NCBI RefSeq assembly: GCF_004010195.1 | Contig: NC_057716.1 | Coordinates: forward strand, 47,039,867 to 47,103,866 | Direction of reading: 5' to 3' | Origin: Chiloscyllium plagiosum | Taxonomy: Eukaryota | Length of the DNA stretch: 64,000 nt | Translations under genes and position numbers: made by a program | Notes under the pieces: model-generated | Database searches by the model: none | What the model was told of the DNA's origin: nothing | What the model saw: only the letters and a program-made list of their open reading frames with translations | Part shown: positions 39,900 through 51,304 of the stretch, piece by piece | How the letters are laid out: the number at the start of each line of letters is the position of its first letter | Position numbering within the stretch: position 1 is the first letter of the stretch

Positions 39900-42465
39900 A
39901 ATTTATCAGAGCAAGAAGTGCAGGAAGCTGTGAGGCAGCTTCAGAGTGGAAAGGCACCCGGTCCTGATAGAATTCACTGGGAAGTCCATCAGGAATTTAT
40001 AAGTATACTGCCAGGACCGATGCTGAATATGTTTAATGATTCATACAGTCACGCTTGTCTCCCACCATCTCTGAGAGAGGCCAATATTTCACTTATCCTT
40101 AAAAAAGGGAAGGATCCGGAAGACTGTGCTTAATACAGGCCCATCTCGCTCTTAAATGTGGACTTTAAGATCCTTTCTAAGGCTGTTGCGTTAAGGCTGG
40201 AGACTGTGTTACCTTCTATTATTAAAGAGGATCAGACGGGCTTCATAAAGGGTCGCAGATCCTCCAATAACGTTAGGAGGCTGCTTAACGTAATTCAAGC
40301 ATGCCGACAGCATTCAATACAGGGACTGGTCATTTCTTTTGATGCAGAGAAGGCATTTGACCGAGTTGAGTGGCCGTACCTTTTCTATACTCTAGACCGG
40401 TTTGGTCTGGGCGAAGTTTTCATAAGATGGGTAAAGGTTCTCTACAGTGTACCTCTCGCTGCGGTCATTACCAACGGGGTACGATCAAACAATTTTAATA
40501 TTTCTAGGGGCAGCCGGCAGGGCTATCCCCTTTCATCATTACTTTTTACGTTGGTGATTGAACCGTTGGCAGAGGCCATTCGTGGGGATCTCAATATATC
40601 AGCTCCGCAAGTGGGGTCAAAATTACATAAGATCTCGCTGTATGCAGATGATGTTCTAATTTTCTTGACAAATCCAGCAGTTTCAGTGCCTTGCCTGATA
40701 GAATGCATTCACGTGTTTGGCACTTTTTCAGGGTATAAGACTAATTTTGCTAAATCAGAGGCTATGCCTATAGGTGGTCTTACGAAAGAGTTGGCTCTGG
40801 AGAGTGCCTCGCCTGATACAATGCATTCACGTGTTTGGCACTTTTTCAGGGTATAAGACTAATTTTGCTAAATCAGAGGCTATGCCTATAGGTGGTCTTA
40901 CGAAAGAGTTGGCTCTGGAGAGTGACTATAGATTCCCATTTAGGTGGTCACATGGGGGGTTTTGTGTATTTGGGCATATTCATTACTCCAGTTCTGGATT
41001 GGCTGTTCAAAGCCAATTTTACTCAATTATTTGAAAAAAATTAAACAAGATCTCCAAAGATGGGAGGCACTTCCAGTCTCATGGTTGGGTCGGATAGCGC
41101 TTATTAAGATGAATATTCTCCCTCGTTTGCTATACCCTATACGGATGCTCCCCCTGATTTTCAATAAACAAACACTCAGGAGACTGAAGAGTTGGTTCAG
41201 CTCCTTTATCTGGCACCATAAACGGCCCCTCATTAAATTAGCCAAACTGCAGTTGTCTCACAGATTGGGGGGGAGTAGAACTTCTGGGCATTAAAAATTA
41301 CCAATTAAGCTCGCTTTTGACCTACATAAGTGATTGGGTTTGTGGGGACCCTCTTTCAATATTGCTAGATATCGAAGTCGCCCAGGCAAGGTGCCCCCTT
41401 ACCAGTTTGCTGTTTTTGGACAAGGTGAGGACAGTTAGGGAATATTGCCATAACCCAATAGTCATCAATACTGTTAAATCATGGAGGCAATTCAGCAGAG
41501 GGAATGTAATATTGGCAAAACATCTTTGATTACACCTTTAGTGGGTATGCCGAGTTTTCAACCAGGTATGATAGATTCAGGATATAAACGTTGGGCAGCT
41601 AGGGGTATATCTTGTATGGGTGATTTATTTGAAGGAGATGGAATGATGTCCTTTGATCAGTTAGTACGGAAGTACGAGTTTCCTAATAGAGACCTCTTTC
41701 GTTTTTTTCAAGTTAGGGATTTTATTCAAAAAAGGATCACACTTTTGACTGATCCCTACAAATCTGACATAGAAAGAGGGGTACTAAGGGCTAAGCATAC
41801 ACTCTCTGTCAGTACTCTTATATCACCAATTGGGGGGTGCCACCTCAGATGAGTCTGATCGACTCTGCAAGATGTGGGAAAGAGAGCTGGGTGTTGAAGT
41901 TTCTTCAGAGGCATGGGAGGATATTTGGGAGAATGCAAGGAAGATATCAATTTGCAATAGGACCCATGTTTTACAGTTGAAGATTCTCCACAGGGTCCAC
42001 TTAGCCCCAGACCGTTTGTCAAAATTTAAACCAGGGGTATCTTCAGCATGCCCCAAGTGCAAGGTCTGTACGGGTATCTTACCCATTGTCTTTGGTCTTG
42101 TGACAGGCTTCAAACATATTGGAGCGCTGTGGTTGGTGCAATGGAAAGGATTTAGGTGTAGGGTGGAGAAGGACCCTATTTCGCTCCTTTTGGGCCTACC
42201 CATTGTATTTCCTGCAGACTCGCATAAGGCAAAACTTTTCAATATTCTTATATTCTGTACAAGGAAGAATATCTTGCTAGGTTGGACATCAGAAAACCCC
42301 CCAGGCCTGTTGGGTTGGCGGAAGATTGTTATGGAGCATATTCCCTTGGATTTTCTCAGAAATATGGTACACCACAAAACTGAGAATTTTTACAAGACAG
42401 GACAACCCTTTTTGAAATACCTGGACACAGATTTATCTGCCACACTAATAAGTGCTTTTATATAG
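39900..42465 (+). pseudogene. L1 ORF2 remnant (RT and C-terminal Cys-rich part only)
   Basis: Track ORFs 39756, 40158, 40774, 40944, 41481 and 41830 are consecutive pieces of ORF2, broken by stops, frameshifts and a 118-bp duplication. Confidence 0.9.
40689..40924 (+). repeat. 118-bp tandem duplication in L1 ORF2
   Basis: 40689-40806 and 40807-40924 differ at 2 positions; agtg microhomology at all three junctions. Confidence 0.95.
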
Positions 42466-42873
42466 CCCTAACGATTGTGTTTCATGAGTCCAATATCCAG
42501 GGAGGAGGAACTGTGAACGTATGAGTGTTTTGTTTGGCTGTGCTGAGTTATTACTATTTATTTGTTTATTGTTAGGTATTTATTTAGTGAGTTAAGTAGC
42601 TAGTTTAGGTTTTTTAAAATTTTATACTTTATATATGTTTATACATTCATATAGGATGGTGGGTTGGGGAATTTTTTTTTATTATTTGGGTTTAGTTTTG
42701 TACTATTTTTGTACTGTTTTGAATTGCATTGTTTTGTATTTGTTGTAATATTTAAAAATCTATTTTTTCTTAATAAAAATGTTATTAAACAAAATGTAAC
42801 TAACAGTACTAAGTATTTACGACATTGTTGAGGATAGTTAAGTTGAGGATAGACCACAAGATAATTTGTAAGG

Positions 42874-42996
42874 TGTACCAATTGAGAAGTGTTGAATGAG
42901 TTTGGGCTTAAGTTGCACTGTTTTATCCAATGGAATTTGTCTGAAATCAGACAAATCAGTGCAAAGAATTTAGCTCAAAAAATCGCAACTGGTACA
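42874..42996. repeat. Second imperfect inverted repeat next to the first
   Basis: tgtaccaattgaga / tcgcaactggtaca and ttgcactgttttatc / gacaaatcagtgcaa. Confidence 0.65.
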
Positions 42997-43075
42997 GAGA
43001 GTTTCTGTAATCTTTTGTATTGGTTTGATCAACTTCAGATAAATCACATTGACAAAAGCTGAAATTTAATGCTTA

Positions 43076-43274
43076 TTAACTTAATTTGGACTGTGGCCAA
43101 TTTTGGGAGCAGTGCCAATATCTAGCGCAATGTTTCTACAACAGCACAAAAGACTGTAGGGTAAAAATGATCTCCAACACAAATAGAGTTTGAGATCTTT
43201 TGCACTGGTTTAGAAGCAGTGTGTTGAATAATGGTGCTATCCCCCAAAATTGGCCACAGTCCAAATCAAATTAA
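43076..43274. repeat. Imperfect inverted repeat (MITE-like hairpin), arms about 78 bp
   Basis: atttggactgtggccaattttggg (43084-43107) pairs perfectly with cccaaaattggccacagtccaaat (43243-43266); pairing continues with mismatches to caaaaga / tcttttg. Confidence 0.8.
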
Positions 43275-43982
43275 TTGCCATTATGGGTTCCACTAATTGC
43301 ACTCAAATGAGAGATTTCAAGGAGGTTCTTAAAATTAAGCTGGTTCTTTTGGCTGCACACAATTGGACATGCTTTAAAAGCTTTTGAACTTTAATTTATG
43401 AACAAACTGATTTTATCATTTTATCTTGATCATTCAGGAATTATTTTCAGTTCTTTCATGGATGTTGGGCAGGGCTGGCTAGGTCAGCGTTTATTCACAC
43501 TCTAAGTGTCCTTGAGAAGTTGGTGGTGAGTTGCCTTCTTGAACCACTGCAGTCCACGGAGAAGTAGATGCACTCTGTTGTTTGGAAAGGAATTCCAGGA
43601 TTGTTATCATATGTGCTCAGTAGTTTATTATTAGTTCTATTCTAGCCACTTTACTTTTTTGGTCCCCTATCTATTCATTTCTGGTTTAATATTTTAAATT
43701 AGCAAAGTTACAGTATGTTGGACAAGAGGTGTACACCGGGGCAAGATTATGTCAAAAGGAAATCAAGACTAATTCTGTTGAGGATAGAAGGGTGGAACAG
43801 CTGGACTAAAGTAGTGAAATGCTGGGAAGGAAAAATGACAGACAGGATGGGTCAGAGGATAAGGCAAAGGATATGAACAGAAGGATACTGGGAAAAATTA
43901 AAAAAGAAAAATCTTTGCAAAGGTAGAAAGAAGTCTAAAGCAATGCCATCAGTTGCAAATAATACCTATAAGAGACATTAAC

Positions 43983-44602
43983 TGTTATGGCCCGGTCTAA
44001 ATCCCCTCAAAAGATATTTGGAAATATTAGACTAAATCCCCTCAAAAAATATTAGACCCAATGTATTCTTACTTTAAAGGTAAGTGTAGGGTGTTGTGTT
44101 CCAGATGCAATTAAATTGCTCAAACTACAGTTAAAATACAGACAATATAGAAAGAAAAGAATTGGCTTAACTGTAACTATTGAAATGCTTAGCAAAATAA
44201 TATATTAACTGCTACTAATTAACCATTCCAATATAATAACATCCTATAAACACACTTGGCAAATTCAATAAACTAGATTGTCTCACATGCAATTCTGGCA
44301 GTAGGAAGAGAGCCCCAGCTTTAAGCTAGAAGAATAAAAGTTTCCACATCTAGCTTTAAGACCCCAGCAACTGAAGAAAGCTGAAACTAAAAATCTGTGT
44401 TCTGTGGAAGTTTTACCCCACCCATTGCAGGCTGCTTCTATTGTTCCAATGTTTTTTTAAAAAGCCTCAGAAGCTGTTTATTTTATTGTCTTGAACAAAC
44501 TGCTCAGTACCTCTCTCTCTCTCTCTCTCTCTCTGTGTCTCAACCTTCCTTCATTAAGTGAAAAGGGCAAAATACACCTCTTAAAGCCATAGTATCATCA
44601 CA
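43983..44602 (-). mobile_element. Solo LTR (Gypsy/ERV-type), 620 bp
   Basis: TGTTA...TCACA termini, 4-bp TSD taac (43979-43982 / 44603-44606) and an internal (CT)n. Strand is inferred from the ccataaca end shared with 61047-61639. Confidence 0.7.
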
Positions 44603-45399
44603 TAACATAATGGTGATGAATTCAATGCCATAAAAGAGTCTTCCTTGCTGTGTTTTCATTTTGTCATTTGGTTGTGTTGGAATCTCCTCCTGTGAGTTGG
44701 AATTCTGGTCTTTGGGGATGCTTCTAGTATGTGAAAATGCACCTTTATGGGCGAGGCCTTCAAAGGGTCCTTCAGTAGACCTGGATGAGACCTAAAATGT
44801 CTTTCAGTAAAGGATTGGGCTGGTCTGAAAAATGCTTCTGTATGAAACGCAAGACTGTGGGTACCAAAATTGTAGCAGTATTGGTAAAAAGTTGGTTAGA
44901 CTGGAAGTTGAGGCTGACTCATGCCTCAGCGTATAAATTGCTTTCTGGACATTTGTCTTGCTGTCAAGTGACATAGACAGACATTTTATTATTCACTGCC
45001 ACCTAGTGGAACAATAGCAGAGTTGCTTGCTGATTGAAAATTCAGTTCCAGTGCTAGGTTTGGAGCTAATGTTACATTCCTTTCCAAATATTATCAGTTC
45101 TAATTTATTCTGTTATCTACAAGTGCAATGAGCAAGTGATCCTTTTAAGATCTACTTTTCCCATTGGCATGAATTTTCAGTTATATTGCAGAGTCTTGCC
45201 TCCCCCTGCTACCATCTCGTTTCTTGCATTAATTTTCCCTCTTTCCTGCCTGCTTGCATTTACATGAGATGCACAGGCACCGAATCAGCCCATTTGCACC
45301 AACGTTCAGAATTACTGGCAACTCCTCAGATATTGAAGCAGTCCCTTTACATTCCACCTGGACAATATCTAAATTTGGGCTGATGTGTGGCACTGAGTT

Positions 45400-46062
45400 T
45401 ACTTGCCGTTAAGTGCCAGGAGAGAATCTGAGAATTTCTACTTGACAATCAAAGGCATTACCATCACTAAATCTGCCACAACTAACATAACATTCATCAA
45501 ATACTGAACCAGACCAGCCATATAAATACATTGGCTACAAGATCAGATCAGGCCAGGAATTTTGCGGTAAGTTCTTGACTCAGTACCATCTACAAAATAC
45601 AGGTCAGTAGTGTGATATCTCAACGAATGGAGAGTTTTCTGAGTGCAGTTCTAACAATATTCTTGAGGCATGACATCATCCAGGACAAAAGAACCTGCAT
45701 GATTGGCACCCCGTCCACCATTCATTCCTTCAGTAGTGATTTGCAGAACCTACATTGTGTACTATCTACAAGATACAATGTAGCAGTTCACCAAGATGCA
45801 TTTAGAACCTAGGACCTCTAATACCTATAGGGACAGGTATAGCAAATGCATGGGTGCACCATCACCTGCAAGTTCCCCTTACACCATCCTGACTTGGAAT
45901 TATGTTGCTTTGCTTTCTCTTCACTTCTGGCTGAATCAAAATCCTGATAATCCCTTCCTATGGTGTACTACCCACCATGGAATTCAACAGTTTAAGAAAC
46001 CTGTGCATCATTACCTTTTCAAGGGCAATTAGGGATGGCCAATAAATGTCCACACCTTGTAA
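45400..46062 (+). mobile_element. CR1/L2-group LINE 3' end; related pieces at about 1040-1220 (+), 30860-31020 (+) and 43470-43600 (-)
   Basis: Shared 3' sequence accttttcaagggcaattagggatggccaataaatg and RT C-terminal remnants. The family cannot be resolved by eye. Confidence 0.6.
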
Positions 46063-46629
46063 ATAAGTAAGTTTATGCTGTACTGGTTTTCTTCCTTTCA
46101 AATTTCTTCCTCTAAATTATCATCATAGCCCTTTTATTTCTTTCTTGCTCTTAGCATCTGTTTAACAGTTGGAACTTCCACTCATTTTTTCCTCTAAACT
46201 ATCATTGTAATCCTCTATATCCTTCTCTCTCATATGTTTGTCTCGTTCCGTTCAAATGTATCAATACTATTTACTTCAACTCTTACCTATCAGAACCATT
46301 TACACTTACCCACCACACTCTTTTTGGGTAAAGAAGTTTCTTCTGAATTCTGTATTAGAATTATTGGTGACTATTTTGTGTTGATAGCATCTGGTTGCAT
46401 CTTTCCCATGAGTGGAAGTATTCTGTGCATGTTCCATCAAAACCTTTCAAATATTTGAAGACATCTAATAGGTCATTTGTTCAAACTCAGCCTGTTGATC
46501 CTTCCCTTTTGTTTATGCTGTGCATTTTTTTTTGTCTCATCCTCATAATTCTTGTTTTTGTGTCCTTTTCTGTGCCTCTATTTTTTTTATGTGGTATGAA
46601 GACCATTATGGAATGCAGTACTAAATATC

Positions 46630-49600
46630 GTTTCAAATCAGTACTTGGGGTCCAGCTGCTCACATTATGCATCAATGATTTGGATATGGAGATAAAGTAT
46701 AATATTTCTGAATTTGTGGAAGTTAAAAAGCTAAGTGGAAATGTATGTTTTGAGGATGATGTAAAGCAGCTTCAGAGGGCAGCATGGTGACACAGTGGTT
46801 AGCACTGCTGTCTCTGTGCTAGAGACCCGGTTCAATTCCCGCCTCAGGCAACTGTCTGTGTGGAGTTTGCACATTCTCCCCGTGTCTGCGTGGGTTTCCT
46901 CTGGGTGCTCTGGTTTCCTCCTACAGTCCAAAGATGTGCAAGTTAAGCCATGCTAAATTGCCCGTAGTGTTAGGTGAAAGGGTAAATGTAGGGGAATGGG
47001 TCTGGTTGGGGTGGACTTGTTGGGTCAAAGGGCCTGTTTCCACATTGTAAGTAATCTAATCTAGTATTGGGCAGGTGCAGTGGGTGGGCAAGAACATGAC
47101 AAATAAAATGTATAGGAAAATGAGAAGTTATCTGCATTGGAAGAAGGAACAGATATGTCGAGTGTTCCTTAAATTTAAAAGGTTGGAAAGACTGTAGATG
47201 TACAAAAGACATCTAGGTGCCGTTGTTGATTAATCACTGAAGGATAAGATGCAGTTGCTGCAAGTTACTCGGAAGTCTCATGGAATGACAGCTTTTATTG
47301 CAAGAGGATTTCAGTACAGGAGTAGTGAAATGTTGCTTCAATTGTAAAGGTGCTTGGTTGGACCACACATAGAGGAATGTAACCTCCGAAAGATTACTAT
47401 TGTCAGAGAGAGAGTGCAATGAAGGTTCTTCAGATTTGATCTCAGGATGATGGGACTGTCCTCTGAAGAAAGGTTGGGCAAACTGGGCCTGTAGTCTCGA
47501 GGGTTTTGAGGAATGAGAAGTGATCTCAGTTAAATTCACAAAATGTCTAAATAAATAGGCACAATAAATGCAGGTAAGACATTTCCTCTAGTTGTAGTGC
47601 CCAGAACCAAGGGGCACAATTTAAAAATAAGGTGAGGACTACTTAGGATCGAGACGAGGAGTATCTTTTACTCAGGTGGTTGTAGGTGTTTGGAATTCTC
47701 TATCACAAAGGCCTGTGGAAGCTCAGTCTTTCGAGTATGCTTAAGGTAGAAATTGATAGATAAGGAAAGAAAAATATTGCTCGAGTACTAGGAACCCTGT
47801 GTGTCGGAGGAATATTCATGATTGGCTGAGGAAAAGAAGGGAGATATCAAGGGCTAAAGACAAAGACTTGGATGAGTATAGAAAATACATGGGAGGAAAC
47901 TAGGAGAGTGTAGAGGGGGCATAAATATACATTTCTGGGTAAAATAAAGGAAAATTGGAAGGTACTTTGAGTAGATTTGGGGAAAGAGGTAAACAGGGAA
48001 AGAGCAGGGATGATTAGGGACCAAAATGGGAATCTGTGCGTGAAAGCAGAAGATGTAGGTGATGTTTTGAATGAGCGCTCGCATTTGTATTCGCAAGTGC
48101 AAAAGTAGATGTGGAAATTAGGGAAGGAGGCTGTGATAAACTTGAATAAATTGGCTTTGGGAGGAAGGTATTAATAACCGTTTTAGTGGGTGAAAATTCC
48201 CCAGATTTGTATGTTATCTATCTCAGGCTTCTCTGGGAGGCAAGGAAGATGATTACATGGGGCCTGAAGTAATTTTCAAATCATCTCTGACTGCAGAGGA
48301 CTGTAAAGTAACTATTGTTGTATCGTTATTCCATAAGCTGTTGGGGATAAGTCGGGGCCAGTGAGCCCAACATAAGAAGTTGGGAAACTTTTGGCAAAAA
48401 CATTCTGACAGACAAGCGAGGCAAGGATTAATCAAGGATAGTCAGCATGATTTTGTCAGGCACATATCATGTCTAACAAATTTAATTGAATTTTCTGAGG
48501 AGATGACTAGATGCGTGGATGAGGGTGGTGCAGTTGATGTATGGCTTACTCTTTAGTAAGGCCTTTGACAAGGTCCTGTATGGGAGACTGGTCAAAAAGG
48601 TAAAAGCCCAGGAATTTGACAAATTGTGTCCAAAATTGACTTAGTGGCTGGAGACACAAGGGAATAATCAAAAGTTGTTTCAGTGACTGGAAGACTTGTC
48701 TAGTGTTGTACCCCCAAGGTTTAATGCTGGCTTCCCTGCTGTTTGTAGTGTACTTTAAATATCTTGACACAAATACAGGAGACTTGATGAGTAAATTTGA
48801 CAGTATGTTAAGTATTGAGGAGGAAAGCCTTAGGCTAGAAGATGATGCTGATGTGCTAGTCAGAAAGATGCTTGGAGTTTAACCCTGAGAAGTGAGGGAT
48901 GATATGTTTTGGGAGGACTAACAAGAAAAGAGGTACGTAATGAATGGTAGAGCATTAGGATGTACAGAGTATCAGAGTGACCTTGATATGCATGTGCAGA
49001 GATCTCTGAAGGCAACAGGCAGGTTATTGCATAGTTCAGGCATATGGGATATCTGCATTTATCAATTGAAGCACTAAGTACAAGAGCAAGAAGATTGTGA
49101 TGGAGCTATATGAAATGTTAGTTAGGTCACAGCAAGAAAATTGTGTAGTTCTGACTATTGCATGAAAAGGAAGCACATGATTGCACTTGAGAAGGTGTAG
49201 AGAAGATGCTTCAGGATGTTGCCCGGGCTGGAACATTTCACCTAAAGAGAGGCTGAGGTTAATTGCCTTGGAGCAGAGAAGGCTGAGAGTGTACAAAATC
49301 ATGAGTGGCATAGATGGTTTAGATATGAAGAAGCTTTCCCCCTTGATGAAATGTTATTACTGAGGGCTTAGATTTAGGTAAGAGGCACAGGTTTAGAGGG
49401 GATTTAAAGGATCCAGTGTGTCATGGACATGTGGAACTTATTGCCTGAAAGGATGATAGAACTGGGAATCATCATAACATTCAAGTCGCATTTGGATGTA
49501 CACTTTGAAACATCACACCCACAATACTGAGCTAAGTGCTGTGAAATGGAATTAAAGTAGATAAATGTTTGATAACCAGTGTTAACATGATGTAGAAAAA

Positions 49601-49630
49601 TGCCTTTTTCTGTGCGTCATTCTCTGACTG
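46630..49630 (+). mobile_element. Two adjacent decayed CR1 copies (about 46630-47770 and 47770-49630)
   Basis: RT motifs (agtcagcatgattttgtc, taaggcctttgacaaggtcc) and C-terminal region. Confidence 0.82.
46778..47063 (+). mobile_element. tRNA-derived V-SINE (HE1-like) inserted in a CR1 RT region
   Basis: Same head and V-domain; tail ends taatctaatcta; CR1 RT sequence continues on both sides. Confidence 0.9.
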
Positions 49631-49733
49631 TATGATGTACATGAATGGTAAACCTAGTTCCATGTGCAGAATTCTCTTTGCATCCAAAACTATGTGGTAG
49701 AAGATGGTGTAAGTGACAGCAAGCACTGACGAC

Positions 49734-50653
49734 AGACAGGAGTGTTCGCTCCCAGTTGGGGAACACTTCAGCGGTCCAGGACATTCGACCTCGGACCTTC
49801 GGGTGACCATCCTTCAAGGTGGACTTGCATCAGTGAAAAGTGGCCGAGCAGAGGCTGATAGCTAAGTTACATACCCATAGGGAGGGCCTCAACCGGGACC
49901 TTGGGTTCATGTCACACTACAGGTGACCACCATTACACTATATACACACACACAGACGCTCATACACACCCTTACAGACAGACACACACACACTCTCACA
50001 GGCATCCTCTCAGAGACTTAGACTGCTCTACACTCATGCACACACACATACACTCTTTCTCACAGACACTCACAACCCCCCACCCCAGACACACAATACA
50101 CTCAACCCCCAACCCAGACAGACACACATACACACCCACATGCACACACATATTCTGTGGGGTGAATTTATACTTAACAGAGTTACATTGTATTTTGGTC
50201 AAAAACTGCACAAATTCATGTAAAACTCTGTTATCTCACTTTTTAGATTAGAATCAATCTAAACACCATAGCACAGACAGAGAACACGGGGGCTAACACT
50301 TTCAATATATCGTCTAGCTAGCACCAATTGTTACAGTTAACCTGAGAATGCAGCTTTTTAAAAAAAAAGGTTTTGTGATTTACACATGAAAGAAATGAAA
50401 CTATCATGGTATTCGAACAGATGAAAGACTCAACAGACAGTAAAGGTATTTTTCGATGTATAATTTCAGTTACATCACATGGTAAATTTTTGCTATAAAT
50501 TCTGTGCCTTACAATTGTCCTCCACAACCACCTGATGAAGGAGCGTCACTCCGAAAGCTAGTGTGCTTCCAATTAAACCTGTTGGACGATAACCTGGTGT
50601 TGTGATTTTTAACTTTGCACACTCCAGTCCAACACCGGCATCTCCAAATAATG
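49734..50653 (+). mobile_element. 5'-truncated Penelope-like element (family C): GIY-YIG C-terminus, CA-rich 3' UTR and HHR
   Basis: Translates RQECSLPVGEHFSGPGHSTSDLRVTILQGGL...KVAEQRLIAKLHTHREGLNRDLGFMSHYR* (stop 49924-49926). Probable TSD actgacgac (49725-49733) / actgacaac (50654-50662). Confidence 0.88.
50529..50563 (+). ncRNA. Minimal hammerhead ribozyme (family C), intact core
   Basis: CAC-CUGAUGA-A-[GGAG CGUCA CUCC]-GAAAG-CUA-GUG, with palindromic AGCU stem III and 3-bp stem I. Confidence 0.8.
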
Positions 50654-50884
50654 ACTGACAACCAGTGTATACTTGCACAGTATTCTGGGATATTGTGCTT
50701 TGTTCCTAATACACATGATAATCTGACTGGAGAGCTCTGATAATTCTGTTGACCATTTGAAGTCAACAAAGAGATCCTGCAGGAGGTATTCAACAGAAGA
50801 TTGGAAAGCAAATCAAAAGGTTTGCAGAGTTTCTTTCACACTGAATTATATTAGTTACCATGTAGATTTTATATATATAAATTT

Positions 50885-51014
50885 GCAAGATATAAATAGA
50901 AAGCAGGAGACAACCGTTTCGCTTCACTTGGAGGTCGCCACTGATGATGTTACCTAGCCAGGTAATGAAACGTCTGGATATCAAACCTACAGCTCAGCGA
51001 GCAAACCTACACCC
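50885..51014 (+). mobile_element. Short PLE insertion (family D): 5-7 nt of primary tail plus 125-nt inverted arm
   Basis: TSD tatatataaattt (50872-50884 / 51015-51027). ttgcaag matches the terminus at 18940, and the arm ends at ctacaccc exactly as at 20078. Confidence 0.88.
50938..50977 (+). ncRNA. Minimal hammerhead ribozyme (family D), intact, identical to 20002-20041
   Basis: ccactgatgatgttacctagccaggtaatgaaacgtctgg. Confidence 0.85.
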
Positions 51015-51304
51015 TATATATAAATTTAAAAACCCTTTTCCAAGTCACTTATCACATTGCAGGAATCCAACAAGATAGGCATCGGTTTATTCTGTGGTAG
51101 TTTATGCTTGTCAAATATAGTTAATCCAAGAAAGACTTTACAGAAAATAAAGACTGTCGTACAAAATAGTTAGCAAAAACTCCACCCTTGTGTTGGCACT
51201 GTGTTGACTCAGTTATTCAGGTTTGGAGAAAGGAAACAAGTCCTCAGGACTTTATTCAACTTTATTTGAACCAACATCCCATTATCAAACCTCAGCTTAT
51301 ACAA

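Larger units (their letters stand above)
38331..42791 (+). mobile_element. L1/Tx1-clade LINE with both termini, internally deleted (no endonuclease), ORFs disrupted
   Basis: G7 5' end followed by aagatggcgg; ORF1; RT motifs (KAPGPD, DAEKAFDRVEW, GSRQGYPLS, LYADD); C-terminal CPKC region; aataaa near the 3' end; TSD aaatataactaac (38318-38330) / aaatgtaactaac (42792-42804). Confidence 0.93.

Noticed and set aside
49940-50152. CA-rich low-complexity tract as an independent repeat array
   Set aside because: It is part of the 3' UTR of the family C Penelope element.
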